Numbered from the stretch's first letter, positions 27,419 to 35,655 are shown. The stretch: 35,655 bases of DNA from Candidatus Hodarchaeota archaeon (GCA_016840035.1 JAEOTC010000162.1:1-35655); one strand, 5' to 3'. The notes: generated from the sequence alone by a model not told the origin. Made by a program: numbers and translations.

Positions 27419-28042
27419 TCATTCCTGAATTCTTTCTTGAGATTCCCGCCATTTTTTGTAATTACCAAGACAAGAGGTGCAACAAAAGTAATGAGGAACC
27501 TGATCAAATCTTCCTATTTCAAAATTACTATCAATTGGTTTCCCACAATACTCACATCTTACATTCAACAATTTAGTGCCTTTCGGAATCCTATGGGGAT
27601 TTATATGGATTCTACTTTTTATAAAGGAAATTCTAGCATGTTTAACTTCTTGTCTTTTCATAAGAGACTCGAAAAATTGATCGGATTCAGATAAACTACA
27701 GTGTTGCGTAATTATATTAACATTATACTCATCAGTGACCTCATAAACAACTTTTACCAATTCAGAGGAGGACAGAAATTCAAAGAGTTGATCTTTTACC
27801 TCCGGATCGACTTTGAGATTGATTATTGCCGCTCTATCTGAGGTCATGGTATGTGGATTTAATTGAAGTCCAATATAATTGAAGACGCCCAACTTCTGTA
27901 GTTTTTCTATACGAGATTTAATAGTAGGAACAGAGAGTTTTAGTTCATCACCAAGCTTTGAATAGGTTATCCTACCGTTTTTATTCAAGCGTTCTAGAAT
28001 AATCAAATCCTTCTGGTCGAGTTCAATGGACACGAATTTCAT
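27419..28042 (-). CDS. Lrp/AsnC-family regulator with C-terminal TRASH metal-binding domain (archaeal CopR/CopT-like)
   Basis: LDQKDLIILERLNKNGRITYSKLGDELKLSVPTIKSRIEKL (Lrp HTH), RAM-like VYEVTDEYN, TRASH CEYCGKPI...YFCCTSC. ATG 28042 avoids overlap with the upstream gene. Confidence 0.85.
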   Translation of the reverse strand: MKFVSIELDQKDLIILERLNKNGRITYSKLGDELKLSVPTIKSRIEKLQKLGVFNYIGLQLNPHTMTSDRAAIINLKVDPEVKDQLFEFLSSSELVKVVYEVTDEYNVNIITQHCSLSESDQFFESLMKRQEVKHARISFIKSRIHINPHRIPKGTKLLNVRCEYCGKPIDSNFEIGRFDQVPHYFCCTSCLGNYKKWRESQERIQE

Positions 28043-28050
28043 CCAACCTA

Positions 28051-28725
28051 TCACGAAAAACAAGAGACAATCTTCTCTCTCCATTGAGTATTAGCAGTCA
28101 AGAGGGTAAGAAGACCAAGAGTATTAATCAAATGATTCACAGAGTTCCAATCTAGAGTACTGATGAGATTTGCTGTTTCCTCATCAGCTGATTTCAATAG
28201 AGTGGTGCTAGATTCAAACATACTCAACTTAAGCTCTTTGGCGAGAGTGCCTAACTCTTTAACACTATTAATTGTCAACCCTAAATGATCACCAAGTAGT
28301 TTGCTTAATACATTATCGAAAGTCTCGTGTTGGAGCTTAACTTCGGGATCAGGTTCAGTTTCTTCCATCTTGGGGAAGAACATCTTAGCTGTTCTCATAT
28401 AAAGTGTTTCAGTCTTTAACTTCTCGTTGGGAGAGGCCTTAACCCGTTTCCCTGCAGGAAGTACTAATTTGCCTTCCTCTAATTTTTTAAGATAACGATA
28501 AATCGATTTTGTAGATTTCTCATTTCCAATTGTTTTAAATGACACTTCCAGATCCTTAACCGTCATATAGGGAGTGGAACGCAAAAAAGTGAGAATTTGC
28601 ATAAGATTTTCGTCTTGAAAAAGTGTGAGAACATCTTTATCTGTAATTTCCAAAAAAAGGATTTGTTTACCTGTTATCGCATCTTCGATTTGAGTATTCT
28701 CCATACTAGACCACATAAGAGTCAA
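28051..28725 (-). CDS. Winged-helix (ArsR-like) DNA-binding protein
   Basis: ILTFLRSTPYMTVKDL...KSTKSIYRYLKKLEEGKLVLPAGKR...TETLYMRTAKMF, plus a helical C-terminal domain. Confidence 0.75.
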   Translation of the reverse strand: MTLMWSSMENTQIEDAITGKQILFLEITDKDVLTLFQDENLMQILTFLRSTPYMTVKDLEVSFKTIGNEKSTKSIYRYLKKLEEGKLVLPAGKRVKASPNEKLKTETLYMRTAKMFFPKMEETEPDPEVKLQHETFDNVLSKLLGDHLGLTINSVKELGTLAKELKLSMFESSTTLLKSADEETANLISTLDWNSVNHLINTLGLLTLLTANTQWREKIVSCFS

Positions 28726-28807
28726 TACGACTAGAATTATGAATTATCTCATTCTTGCCATGATAGGAATCTATTAATATATTCTTTGGGAACTGATTCT
28801 CATCAAT

Positions 28808-29746
28808 TTGAGAAAGATGAATATGATGAAAGTTACTTACAAGTATTACGAAAAAGACGCAGGACTTGAAGAACTACAAGCTAAAATCTATAATGAAAAT
28901 AATCCCGAAAACCCCCAACCAGTTACTGCAGAGGAGATCCAAAAAAGATTTGAGAACGAAAAAATCGATCCTAAAACAGTACGATATGCAATGAAAGAAT
29001 CAGGAGAACCTCTTGCATACGTACAGGCACGAGATTATTCCGAAGTGAAAGAAACACATCTAGGATATCCATGGGCACTCCCAGATTGTCCAGCAGGGGT
29101 ACAAAATAAAATATTTGATGAAATGCTAGCATATATTAAAACTAGAGATACAGGGTATGAAATTCGAGTAAATATTGCAGCAAATAATGATTCACACATG
29201 AAGTTTGTGAAGTCAAAAACAGGATTAGAAGAAAAAAGTCGGAGTTACAGACGGGAAATAGATGTTAAAAAAGTTAGTAAAATGACCCTAGATGAAGGAA
29301 AGTACAACATTCGAAAAGCAACGAAAGCAGATGAAGATATTTTAGTGAATCTAATAAAAGAAGACGGCCGATACACCTCTCAATTTGCATCAGATGAAGA
29401 AATTGGCAAATATTTTTCAGAACGAGTTCTTCCTGATGATCACTGTTATCTAGTCTTCCAGGATGAAAAACTAGTAAGAGCTTCGGCCCCACTAATAACA
29501 AAGCTTCCCAATGATACAGAGGAACGTCTGATCCTTAGGTTTCATAGCTTCCTACCTGATACTGAAGATGCATTCAAATCCCATATGATTTCAATAGCAA
29601 AAGAATGTGTGGAAACAGGCCTAGACACAAAGCCATTGTCCCTCTATGAATCAGAGAACGACTCCGAAACAATAAAATCCACTATCCAAGAATTTAATCC
29701 AGTTCATAGCGAGGTTCAAGGAATATCTTTTGGGTTAAAGAAGTAG
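28808..29746 (+). CDS. Hypothetical protein, probable tandem GNAT-fold acetyltransferase-like
   Basis: Long clean ORF. The second half starts KYNIRKATKADEDILVNLI (GNAT-like beta1-alpha1); no clear acetyl-CoA motif. Start probably ATG 28817-28826. Confidence 0.55.
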   Translation: MRKMNMMKVTYKYYEKDAGLEELQAKIYNENNPENPQPVTAEEIQKRFENEKIDPKTVRYAMKESGEPLAYVQARDYSEVKETHLGYPWALPDCPAGVQNKIFDEMLAYIKTRDTGYEIRVNIAANNDSHMKFVKSKTGLEEKSRSYRREIDVKKVSKMTLDEGKYNIRKATKADEDILVNLIKEDGRYTSQFASDEEIGKYFSERVLPDDHCYLVFQDEKLVRASAPLITKLPNDTEERLILRFHSFLPDTEDAFKSHMISIAKECVETGLDTKPLSLYESENDSETIKSTIQEFNPVHSEVQGISFGLKK

Positions 29747-29845
29747 AACGAGATGTCTTTAGACTGAAAGATAACATGGAAATGAAACAAAAAGGCTATT
29801 TTCCCTCATTCCCTCTTTTGAGCTCATACTTTCAATAGGGGGAAA

Positions 29846-30553
29846 CTATTTTTTGATTTTGAAGGCACAAGATTCGTCTCCCTCACGAATACAGGCCATT
29901 TTTATAGCCATATGATCAGTTAATTCTTTAATGACAGTTTCGGTTAGTTTACACACCAAAGGCTCTTCTAATACAACATCATAGTACAAACAATTATGAT
30001 TTTTTATGATGAAATGGTCTTCATCCTCTGATAATTCTGGTATCTTCCCATTTTGTTCAAAGAGTTCAATGATTTTATCTAATTCTTGTTTCACAACTTC
30101 AGGTGATTCAGAGTGTAATTTCTCCTGGGATAACTTAAAATTCATCCGAGTTGCAATTTTTCTCCCAATTTTTTCAAGAAGATCGATGATGACTTTCTCA
30201 CCAAATTCTGACTTAATTTCCTTCAAAAGATAAATACTGAGTTCTGTGTATGCTTTAGGAAAAGTATTCAAACCTGTTCCAGTTAATGAGTAAGTCATCG
30301 CAGGTCGACCAGCAGCCCCCCTTTTTTCAGATAACGAAACAAGTCCTTCACTTTCAAGCATAGTCAAATAATGTCTCGTTCCAGTTGGGCTAAGCGTTAC
30401 GGCGGTAGCAATTTCTTTTAGAGTACAACCCTCATTTGATGAGGAACAATTTAGCAGGAGATAATGTAAAATACGATCTCGTTTAGTTAGATGTCCTTCT
30501 ACTGGTTTTTGTGACATTAAGTTCATTCCTTGAAGATGAGAGGGTAGATTCAA
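29846..30553 (-). CDS. HTH transcriptional regulator with C-terminal Cys-ligand sensor domain (COG2345/SufR-like)
   Basis: RDRILHYLL...TLKEIATAVTLSPTGTRHYLTMLESEGLV...GRPAMTYSLT..G...FPKAY; C-terminal HNC-x12-C...CIREGDESCAF. Probable start 30526 or 30517. Confidence 0.85.
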   Translation of the reverse strand: MNLPSHLQGMNLMSQKPVEGHLTKRDRILHYLLLNCSSSNEGCTLKEIATAVTLSPTGTRHYLTMLESEGLVSLSEKRGAAGRPAMTYSLTGTGLNTFPKAYTELSIYLLKEIKSEFGEKVIIDLLEKIGRKIATRMNFKLSQEKLHSESPEVVKQELDKIIELFEQNGKIPELSEDEDHFIIKNHNCLYYDVVLEEPLVCKLTETVIKELTDHMAIKMACIREGDESCAFKIKK

Positions 30554-30582
30554 TGACAGATTGAAAATTGAATCCTATTTCT

Positions 30583-30607
30583 TACATAAAATGCTATAAT
30601 TTATGTA
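30583..30607. promoter_or_regulatory. Inverted repeat, candidate autoregulatory operator of the SufR-like regulator
   Basis: TACATAAA-atgctataa-TTTATGTA is a perfect 8-9-8 inverted repeat just upstream of the regulator gene. Confidence 0.5.
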
Positions 30608-30665
30608 GATATTTCCAAAATAAATCGCTTTACAAAGAATTCCTGAGAGTAGCATCAATCAAGCT

Positions 30666-31178
30666 TCAGACATTCAGAATTCTTAGATATTGAATCCACG
30701 GACCAACGGTTTCTTTATAACGTAAGGCCAAAGATTCCGCGATTTGGAATAAATGAGTCAAGTCGTGAACAACCCAAGTAGCTAGATGTTGTTCTAAGGT
30801 GACTTCACCAAACTCAGGATGAATACCTGTTTTATGAAGATCAGATTCGGTTACAAGTGCTTTCAAAGTCTGGATATTTTTTGTACGAAGCGTTTCAAAC
30901 TCGTTTAAGCGCTCAATAAAGCTAACACTCTGATCAAAGCCCTCTCGATCAAAAGGGGGAAATTCTTTGACTCCTTCCTCTGAGAGCATTATCTTTGAAC
31001 GTAGAATCCAATCGGTTTTTTCTCCTGCAATAAGGTGACCAATAACTGCAGAGGGAGAAAAAGCATTCTCGTGTTTCTGAAAATTCACCCATTGGTCGTC
31101 TAGACCTTCTAACAACGCACGTAAGACTTGGGGAGTGCGTGATAGTAAATTCAGAGCTTCAGGGATATTGTAAACCAT
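30666..31178 (-). CDS. DinB/YfiT-family protein (thiol S-transferase-like)
   Basis: LSRTPQVLRALL, VIGHLIAGEKTDW, GIHPEFGEVTL, WVVHDLTHLFQI, VGPW. Confidence 0.88.
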   Translation of the reverse strand: MVYNIPEALNLLSRTPQVLRALLEGLDDQWVNFQKHENAFSPSAVIGHLIAGEKTDWILRSKIMLSEEGVKEFPPFDREGFDQSVSFIERLNEFETLRTKNIQTLKALVTESDLHKTGIHPEFGEVTLEQHLATWVVHDLTHLFQIAESLALRYKETVGPWIQYLRILNV

Positions 31179-31291
31179 AATTATATTTTGGTTCAGATGA
31201 TATAAATAACTATATTTGTTGGTATTTACTGATAGAATGTCATTCCTACGAATAGATCTAATAGCTGGGTATAACGGAAAATAATTTTCAG

Positions 31292-31735
31292 TTAATGAAA
31301 GTTTGATCTTACCAGAAATAAATAAATTCCAAACAATGCCGAAACTACTAGTGAGATCATCTGAGGGTCTGCAGGATTAATCGTAGAAGGAAGGGAGAGT
31401 AGGCCACTGCCAACATAGAGGATAATTCCAAGAATATGTAACCACAAGGCAAAAGTGCTGATTTTCCATAAACCTAACCCGATAATGAAGATAATAACTC
31501 CAACAATGATTAGGCCTCCCATAAAAATAAGGAATAAACCACCAAATATCGCGGTTAAATCTTCACCAAGAATGGTTTCAGGTGCATCACCTAACTCCAT
31601 AATGGCGGTGATAATGGTATAAAAACCAAGTAACGCGACTCCAACACCAGTAAGCATTTCTAATAAACCAACAATGCGTGCTGGCCAGGTAGTCCAATGT
31701 TTAGAATCATTAGGTTGAAAGATTTCATAGGTCAT
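31292..31735 (-). CDS. Four-TM membrane protein, unknown function
   Basis: Four Gly-rich hydrophobic segments; ATG start with GGAG upstream. Confidence 0.7.
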   Translation of the reverse strand: MTYEIFQPNDSKHWTTWPARIVGLLEMLTGVGVALLGFYTIITAIMELGDAPETILGEDLTAIFGGLFLIFMGGLIIVGVIIFIIGLGLWKISTFALWLHILGIILYVGSGLLSLPSTINPADPQMISLVVSALFGIYLFLVRSNFH

Positions 31736-31946
31736 TTGAAAAAAGTCTCCAGTAAGTCAATTGAGCCTGTGTAAATTAAAACTATAGAGTACTATCAGAT
31801 TGGGAAGTTTGGAAATATGATAACCAATACTCACTTGTATTAGGAACTATAAAACTGTCCCTGAATAAAAATAAAGTCCAATGCCTCTGATATTTTACTA
31901 AGAAATTACGCATAAAGATAAGATATATAGACATAGAAGAGAAAAT

Positions 31947-32915
31947 ATGAAGAGTTTGCATCCGAAAGTAGCAATAATAGGCGGAGGGAACGTGGGAATC
32001 CGCTATGCATATGCATTGATGATTAGAGGATTGGCGCGTCAGATAACGATCGTAGATATCGATCAACATAAAGTCGAAGGGGAAATCATGGATTTATCCC
32101 ATGGAACTCCTTATACTTCTCCTGTGAAACTAGAAGTAGGAACTTATGAAGATATTAAAGGAGCAGATCTTGTTGTGATTACCGCAGGAAAAAATCGTTC
32201 TCCAGGAGAGACAAGACTTGATTTGACCAAGGCTAATGTCCAATTATACAAAGATATAATCCCTCAAATCATGAACTATGCACCAGCAGCCCTATTTTTA
32301 ATAGTGACCAATCCTGTCGATATTTTAGCATATGCAGCATATAAATTTTCCAAAAAACCCGCATCAGAAGTAATAGGTGCAGGTACAGTCTTAGATACCG
32401 CACGCTTTCGGAATCTTATTGCTACTCATTGCAAAGTAGATCCACGCAATGTTCATGGATACATCTTAGGTGAACATGGAGAAACCGAATTTCCAGTTTG
32501 GAGTCGAGTATTAGTGGGAGGAACTCTGATACAGGACTATTGCCCAATCTGCGATAACTGTAAAATGTGCAATCATAAGGAAGAAATGAACAAGATCTTC
32601 TTAGAGGTACGTGATTCAGGTGCGAAAATTATCAGGAGAAAAGGCGAGACTTCTTATGGGATCGGACTTGCACTGGTAAGAATCACTGCAGCACTCCTTA
32701 AAGATGAAAATTCAATTTTACCAGTATCCAGTCTGGTAGCTGGTTTTCTTGATATTCATGACGTATATCTGAGTTTACCAGCAATCCTTACGAAGAAAGG
32801 GATCAAAAAAGTGTTAGAAATCAAACTCAATGATCAAGAGCAGCAACAATTAAAGAAATCAGCAGCTACATTGAAAGCTATGATTAAAGAAATTGATCCC
32901 ATTTTGAATGAGTAA
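31947..32915 (+). CDS. ldh: L-lactate/malate dehydrogenase family protein (LDH-type scaffold, Arg at the specificity position)
   Basis: GGGNVG, DLSHG, TAGKNRSPGETRLDL, TNPVD, GTVLDTARFR, GEHG, KGETSYGIG. Confidence 0.85.
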   Translation: MKSLHPKVAIIGGGNVGIRYAYALMIRGLARQITIVDIDQHKVEGEIMDLSHGTPYTSPVKLEVGTYEDIKGADLVVITAGKNRSPGETRLDLTKANVQLYKDIIPQIMNYAPAALFLIVTNPVDILAYAAYKFSKKPASEVIGAGTVLDTARFRNLIATHCKVDPRNVHGYILGEHGETEFPVWSRVLVGGTLIQDYCPICDNCKMCNHKEEMNKIFLEVRDSGAKIIRRKGETSYGIGLALVRITAALLKDENSILPVSSLVAGFLDIHDVYLSLPAILTKKGIKKVLEIKLNDQEQQQLKKSAATLKAMIKEIDPILNE

Positions 32916-33028
32916 ATTCTAAGTGATGATTGAATCAAGATCGTTTGACCTGGATAATTGAAAATAGGTGACTTTGAATTGATTATATTGGAAAAGATCT
33001 AAATTAAAAATATAATTACTAAACACAA

Positions 33029-33142
33029 ATGTCTTCTTTTAGCCCAAATGAGGGAATTGTGATATTACTGGGGATTGGAGCGGCATTAATAATAATACAA
33101 ATGAAACGGAAGAAAAAATATGAAAGCATACCTTGCCTATAG
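33029..33142 (+). other. 37-codon ORF encoding only a TM + basic tail (microprotein or remnant of a surface-protein gene)
   Basis: Manual translation MSSFSPNEGIVILLGIGAALIIIQMKRKKKYESIPCL*, with an in-frame TAA at 33020-33022 upstream. Confidence 0.4.
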
Positions 33143-33183
33143 TATATTAGATTTAAAAAATCTATTTCCCATCATAGTCTCAG

Positions 33184-34254
33184 TTGAGAATTGTGAAACA
33201 GAGAGAGAAAAACCTCACAAACAAGGCAATTCCAAATTTTAAGGAAGGAATCCTTTTATTCAGTATATTTCTTCTATTTCTGTTTACTATTCCAAATTCA
33301 CACGGGAATTCTGTTCCCATATTATCACAAGATAGGAGCAGCAACTTTGAAGTTGACTTAAGAGTATCTTCGGACAATAGATTGAATATTACTAATCCCA
33401 AAGAGGGAGATATTATATCTGGAGTAATTACAATAGAGTGGGTGGTAGAAGAATCATATGTTGACGCTTCTACATCATATCAGGTTCAATTTTCGCCAGA
33501 TGATGGAGATAATTGGATAATATTAACTATGTATACTCTCAACCCCAGCTATGTGTGGAATACGACATACTACGAAGAGTATAATTCCCATTGCAGAATA
33601 CAAATCTTTTTTCAAAGCAAGAATTTTGATGATTTTTCAGAGATCTCGGGGAGATTTACCATCGACAACACAATACAACCCACTCCTCCAATGGATCTGA
33701 CACCATATATTCTAGTAGGCGCATCAATAGTAATATTAGGGGTAGGAGTATGGAAATATCGCCCATTTTGGGGCCAAAAATCAATTTTACAAGCTATACA
33801 GTCAGAAAAATATGTCTGGTTGACGACATTAAGCCATAAGATTATTATAGGACTGGACAATATTAAAAGTGAATTCATAGAAGAATTCCCGCAGATTCCA
33901 GAAGTTAAAACCATATCATTAACAACCTCAATTGCAGATATCTTTCCTCAGAACCTTAGATATGATCTACAACATAATATGAAGGGAAGAACAGTACTGA
34001 CACTAATCGAAATGGCCTACCTGGGGCCAGATGATACGACACCCACAAAGATATCGAAAAGTTTGAACATACCCCTACCAACACTTTCGAAGGAAATAAA
34101 AAAGTTAGAAACGGCAGGCTATGTGGAAACGTACTTGACAACACAGATGCTGCAAGATGCAAGAGTAAAAAATTTTGTAATAACAAAAAAAGGGTTTGAG
34201 CTATTATTAAATTTAGACACAGCATTGAAAATTGCTATTCAGCGGATGAGATGA
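33184..34254 (+). CDS. Membrane-anchored transcriptional regulator: signal peptide, Ig-like ectodomain, single TM, C-terminal MarR-like wHTH
   Basis: Signal ILLFSIFLLFLFTIPNSHG; ectodomain LNITNPKEGD..ITIEW..YQVQFSPDDGDNW..YVWNTT..FTIDN; TM YILVGASIVILGVGVW-KYR; wHTH TTPTKISKSLNIPLPTLSKEIKKLETAGYV...DARVKNFVITKKG. Confidence 0.8.
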   Translation: MRIVKQREKNLTNKAIPNFKEGILLFSIFLLFLFTIPNSHGNSVPILSQDRSSNFEVDLRVSSDNRLNITNPKEGDIISGVITIEWVVEESYVDASTSYQVQFSPDDGDNWIILTMYTLNPSYVWNTTYYEEYNSHCRIQIFFQSKNFDDFSEISGRFTIDNTIQPTPPMDLTPYILVGASIVILGVGVWKYRPFWGQKSILQAIQSEKYVWLTTLSHKIIIGLDNIKSEFIEEFPQIPEVKTISLTTSIADIFPQNLRYDLQHNMKGRTVLTLIEMAYLGPDDTTPTKISKSLNIPLPTLSKEIKKLETAGYVETYLTTQMLQDARVKNFVITKKGFELLLNLDTALKIAIQRMR

Positions 34255-34392
34255 AAACTTCTATTCCCACCCTCTCAGTGAAAGATTGTTTCTATTTAGA
34301 AACAAGTATTCTCTTTTATTTAGTCCATTCCTAGGTTGACTTCTGAAGCAGGTCATAAAGATCTGATGATCTAACAAAAAGGAGAAAATGAA

Positions 34393-35655
34393 ATGAAAAG
34401 AAAAATGGTTGGAATGATCATAGTGTTGTCAATGATTGTGATCACGGCTAGCACCGTTAGTTTGACCACAAAAATTGCAGCAAAATCAGTAAATATGAAC
34501 GATTATGTCCTATGTAGTTACTTAGGAGGCTCAGAAGATGATCTAATCAGAGATATGGCGGTAGATTCGGAAGGAAATATCCTAGTAACAGGAGATACAC
34601 TATCCGAGAATTTTCCAGTAACAAACGATGCCTATCAGATAACTTTTGCAGGTGGGGAACAAGATGTTCATACAGTGAGTGGAGATGCATTTGTCGCAAA
34701 ATTCTCCTCATTAGGGGAGTTACTTTGGGCAAGTTATCTTGGAGGATCCAGTAATGATGGAGGAACAGGAGTGCATGTGGATAGTGAAGATAATATCTAT
34801 GTGGTAGGAGTAACTAATTCGTTGAATTTTCCCGTGACAGGTGGAGAGAATGCACATGGGGGATCAGACGGATTTATAACAAAATTCACTCCTGAAGGAA
34901 GTCTGGTATTTTCAAAATGTATTGGAACCGCGGGAGGAGAAAATCTGGAGGGTTCAGTAATGTACGCAGACATTTTAACAGTAACAGGCAGTACCCCTTC
35001 GGCAAGCTTTCCGATAACAGCGAATGCAGAACAAAGCACTTTTCGAGGAGGAGCAGATGGAACAATTGTGCAACTCTCAACGAATGGAACAGTAATCTAT
35101 TCAAGTTTTTTCGGAGGAACAGGGTTAGATGTGGTAGGAGAGATCTATACGAGTGTAGATGGACAATATATTTTCAATGGGTATTCGGATAGTCCTGACC
35201 TCCCATTCACAGAGAACGCATATGCTACTGAAATCTCTGGCCCTGGAAGAGATTTTTTCATTGCAACATTGACCACCGATATGCAAATCGAGTATTGTAC
35301 GTATTTTGGTGGATCTGGGATGGATGATAGTTTTGGCTGCACATTCGATTCAGAGAAAAATCTAATCTTTAGTGGTAGAACCTGGTCACCAGACTTTCCT
35401 ATAACTAATGCGTGGCAATCGGAGTATGCAGGAGAAGAAGGCGAAATTAATGGCGTGGATGCATTCGTAACCAAAATGGATCCCACAGGAGAATTGGTTT
35501 TTTCGAGTTACTTTGGAGGCCCTTCATGGGATACGTTACATTTTGTCGATACAGATGAGCAAAATAACATCTTTACCTGCGGAGACGCACCAACAAACGA
35601 TTATCCTATATCCAAGAACGCGATTCAAAATGAAACTGCTGGATCCTCAGATATC
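34393..35655 (+). CDS. Secreted SBBP-repeat beta-propeller protein, truncated by the window edge
   Basis: Absent from the ORF track because it has no stop in the window. Manual translation from ATG 34393 (AAGGAG 8 nt upstream) is open for 421 codons: signal MKRKMVGMIIVLSMIVITA, then repeats SYLGGSEDD...AVDSEGNILVTGDTLSENFPVT...DAFVAKF, SYLGGSSND...VDSEDNIYVVGVTNSLNFPVT, TYFGGSGMD, SSYFGGPSWD. Confidence 0.9.
   Translation, partial: MKRKMVGMIIVLSMIVITASTVSLTTKIAAKSVNMNDYVLCSYLGGSEDDLIRDMAVDSEGNILVTGDTLSENFPVTNDAYQITFAGGEQDVHTVSGDAFVAKFSSLGELLWASYLGGSSNDGGTGVHVDSEDNIYVVGVTNSLNFPVTGGENAHGGSDGFITKFTPEGSLVFSKCIGTAGGENLEGSVMYADILTVTGSTPSASFPITANAEQSTFRGGADGTIVQLSTNGTVIYSSFFGGTGLDVVGEIYTSVDGQYIFNGYSDSPDLPFTENAYATEISGPGRDFFIATLTTDMQIEYCTYFGGSGMDDSFGCTFDSEKNLIFSGRTWSPDFPITNAWQSEYAGEEGEINGVDAFVTKMDPTGELVFSSYFGGPSWDTLHFVDTDEQNNIFTCGDAPTNDYPISKNAIQNETAGSSDI

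Noticed and set aside
31782-32069. 95-aa minus ORF
   Set aside because: Overlaps the ldh start and promoter region antisense, with no protein-like features.
34388-34396. ATG-AAA-TGA mini uORF overlapping the beta-propeller start
   Set aside because: RBS spacing fits ATG 34393 (8 nt) rather than 34388 (3 nt); likely chance in A-rich sequence.
34547-35486. Several short ORFs on both strands
   Set aside because: All overlap the open SBBP beta-propeller frame starting at 34393.
1-35655. tRNA/rRNA, CRISPR array, transposase/integrase, defence system, selenocysteine read-through
   Set aside because: By eye I found no cloverleaf or GC-rich structural RNA, no regularly spaced repeats, no recombinase or nuclease-defence motifs, and no TGA interrupting a recognisable domain. 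tRNAscan-SE, Infernal and DefenseFinder would confirm.

Overview
AT-rich, gene-dense prokaryotic chromosomal window with about 34 CDS. I saw no rRNA, tRNA, CRISPR array or recognisable mobile element. The source is most plausibly an Asgard archaeon (Heimdallarchaeia/Hodarchaeales-like). This is an inference from a Rag/Gtr-like small GTPase with a roadblock-like C-terminal domain, an Lrp-TRASH regulator, GGTGA-type ribosome-binding sites, an F420-type LLM oxidoreductase and surface proteins with C-terminal TM+basic sorting tails. Content: a truncated multi-PAS sensor; HAD phosphatase plus RNase III; a CadC/SmtB-CadA/ZntA metal-efflux operon with a clear operator; a DUF438/hemerythrin/PAS protein; two DinB proteins; a DUF3795, GyrI-like/Cys-rich, TrmO cluster; a transglutaminase-fold lipoprotein; Nudix; an orphan ABC permease; GH2 beta-mannosidase; a cyclase; several regulators; an LDH-like dehydrogenase; and an SBBP beta-propeller surface protein. 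Most notable: (i) a receptor-like protein (signal peptide, Ig-like ectodomain, single TM, cytoplasmic MarR-type wHTH) directly upstream of the secreted beta-propeller gene; (ii) a transglutaminase-fold lipoprotein whose catalytic Cys is Ser while His and Asp are kept; (iii) an LDH scaffold carrying the malate-specificity Arg and a CxxCxxCxxC insert; (iv) an RNase III+dsRBD with Mini-III-like active-site substitutions; (v) the Rag-like GTPase, divergent from an ICMT-family methyltransferase. All family calls come from motif recognition by eye; no database search was run.
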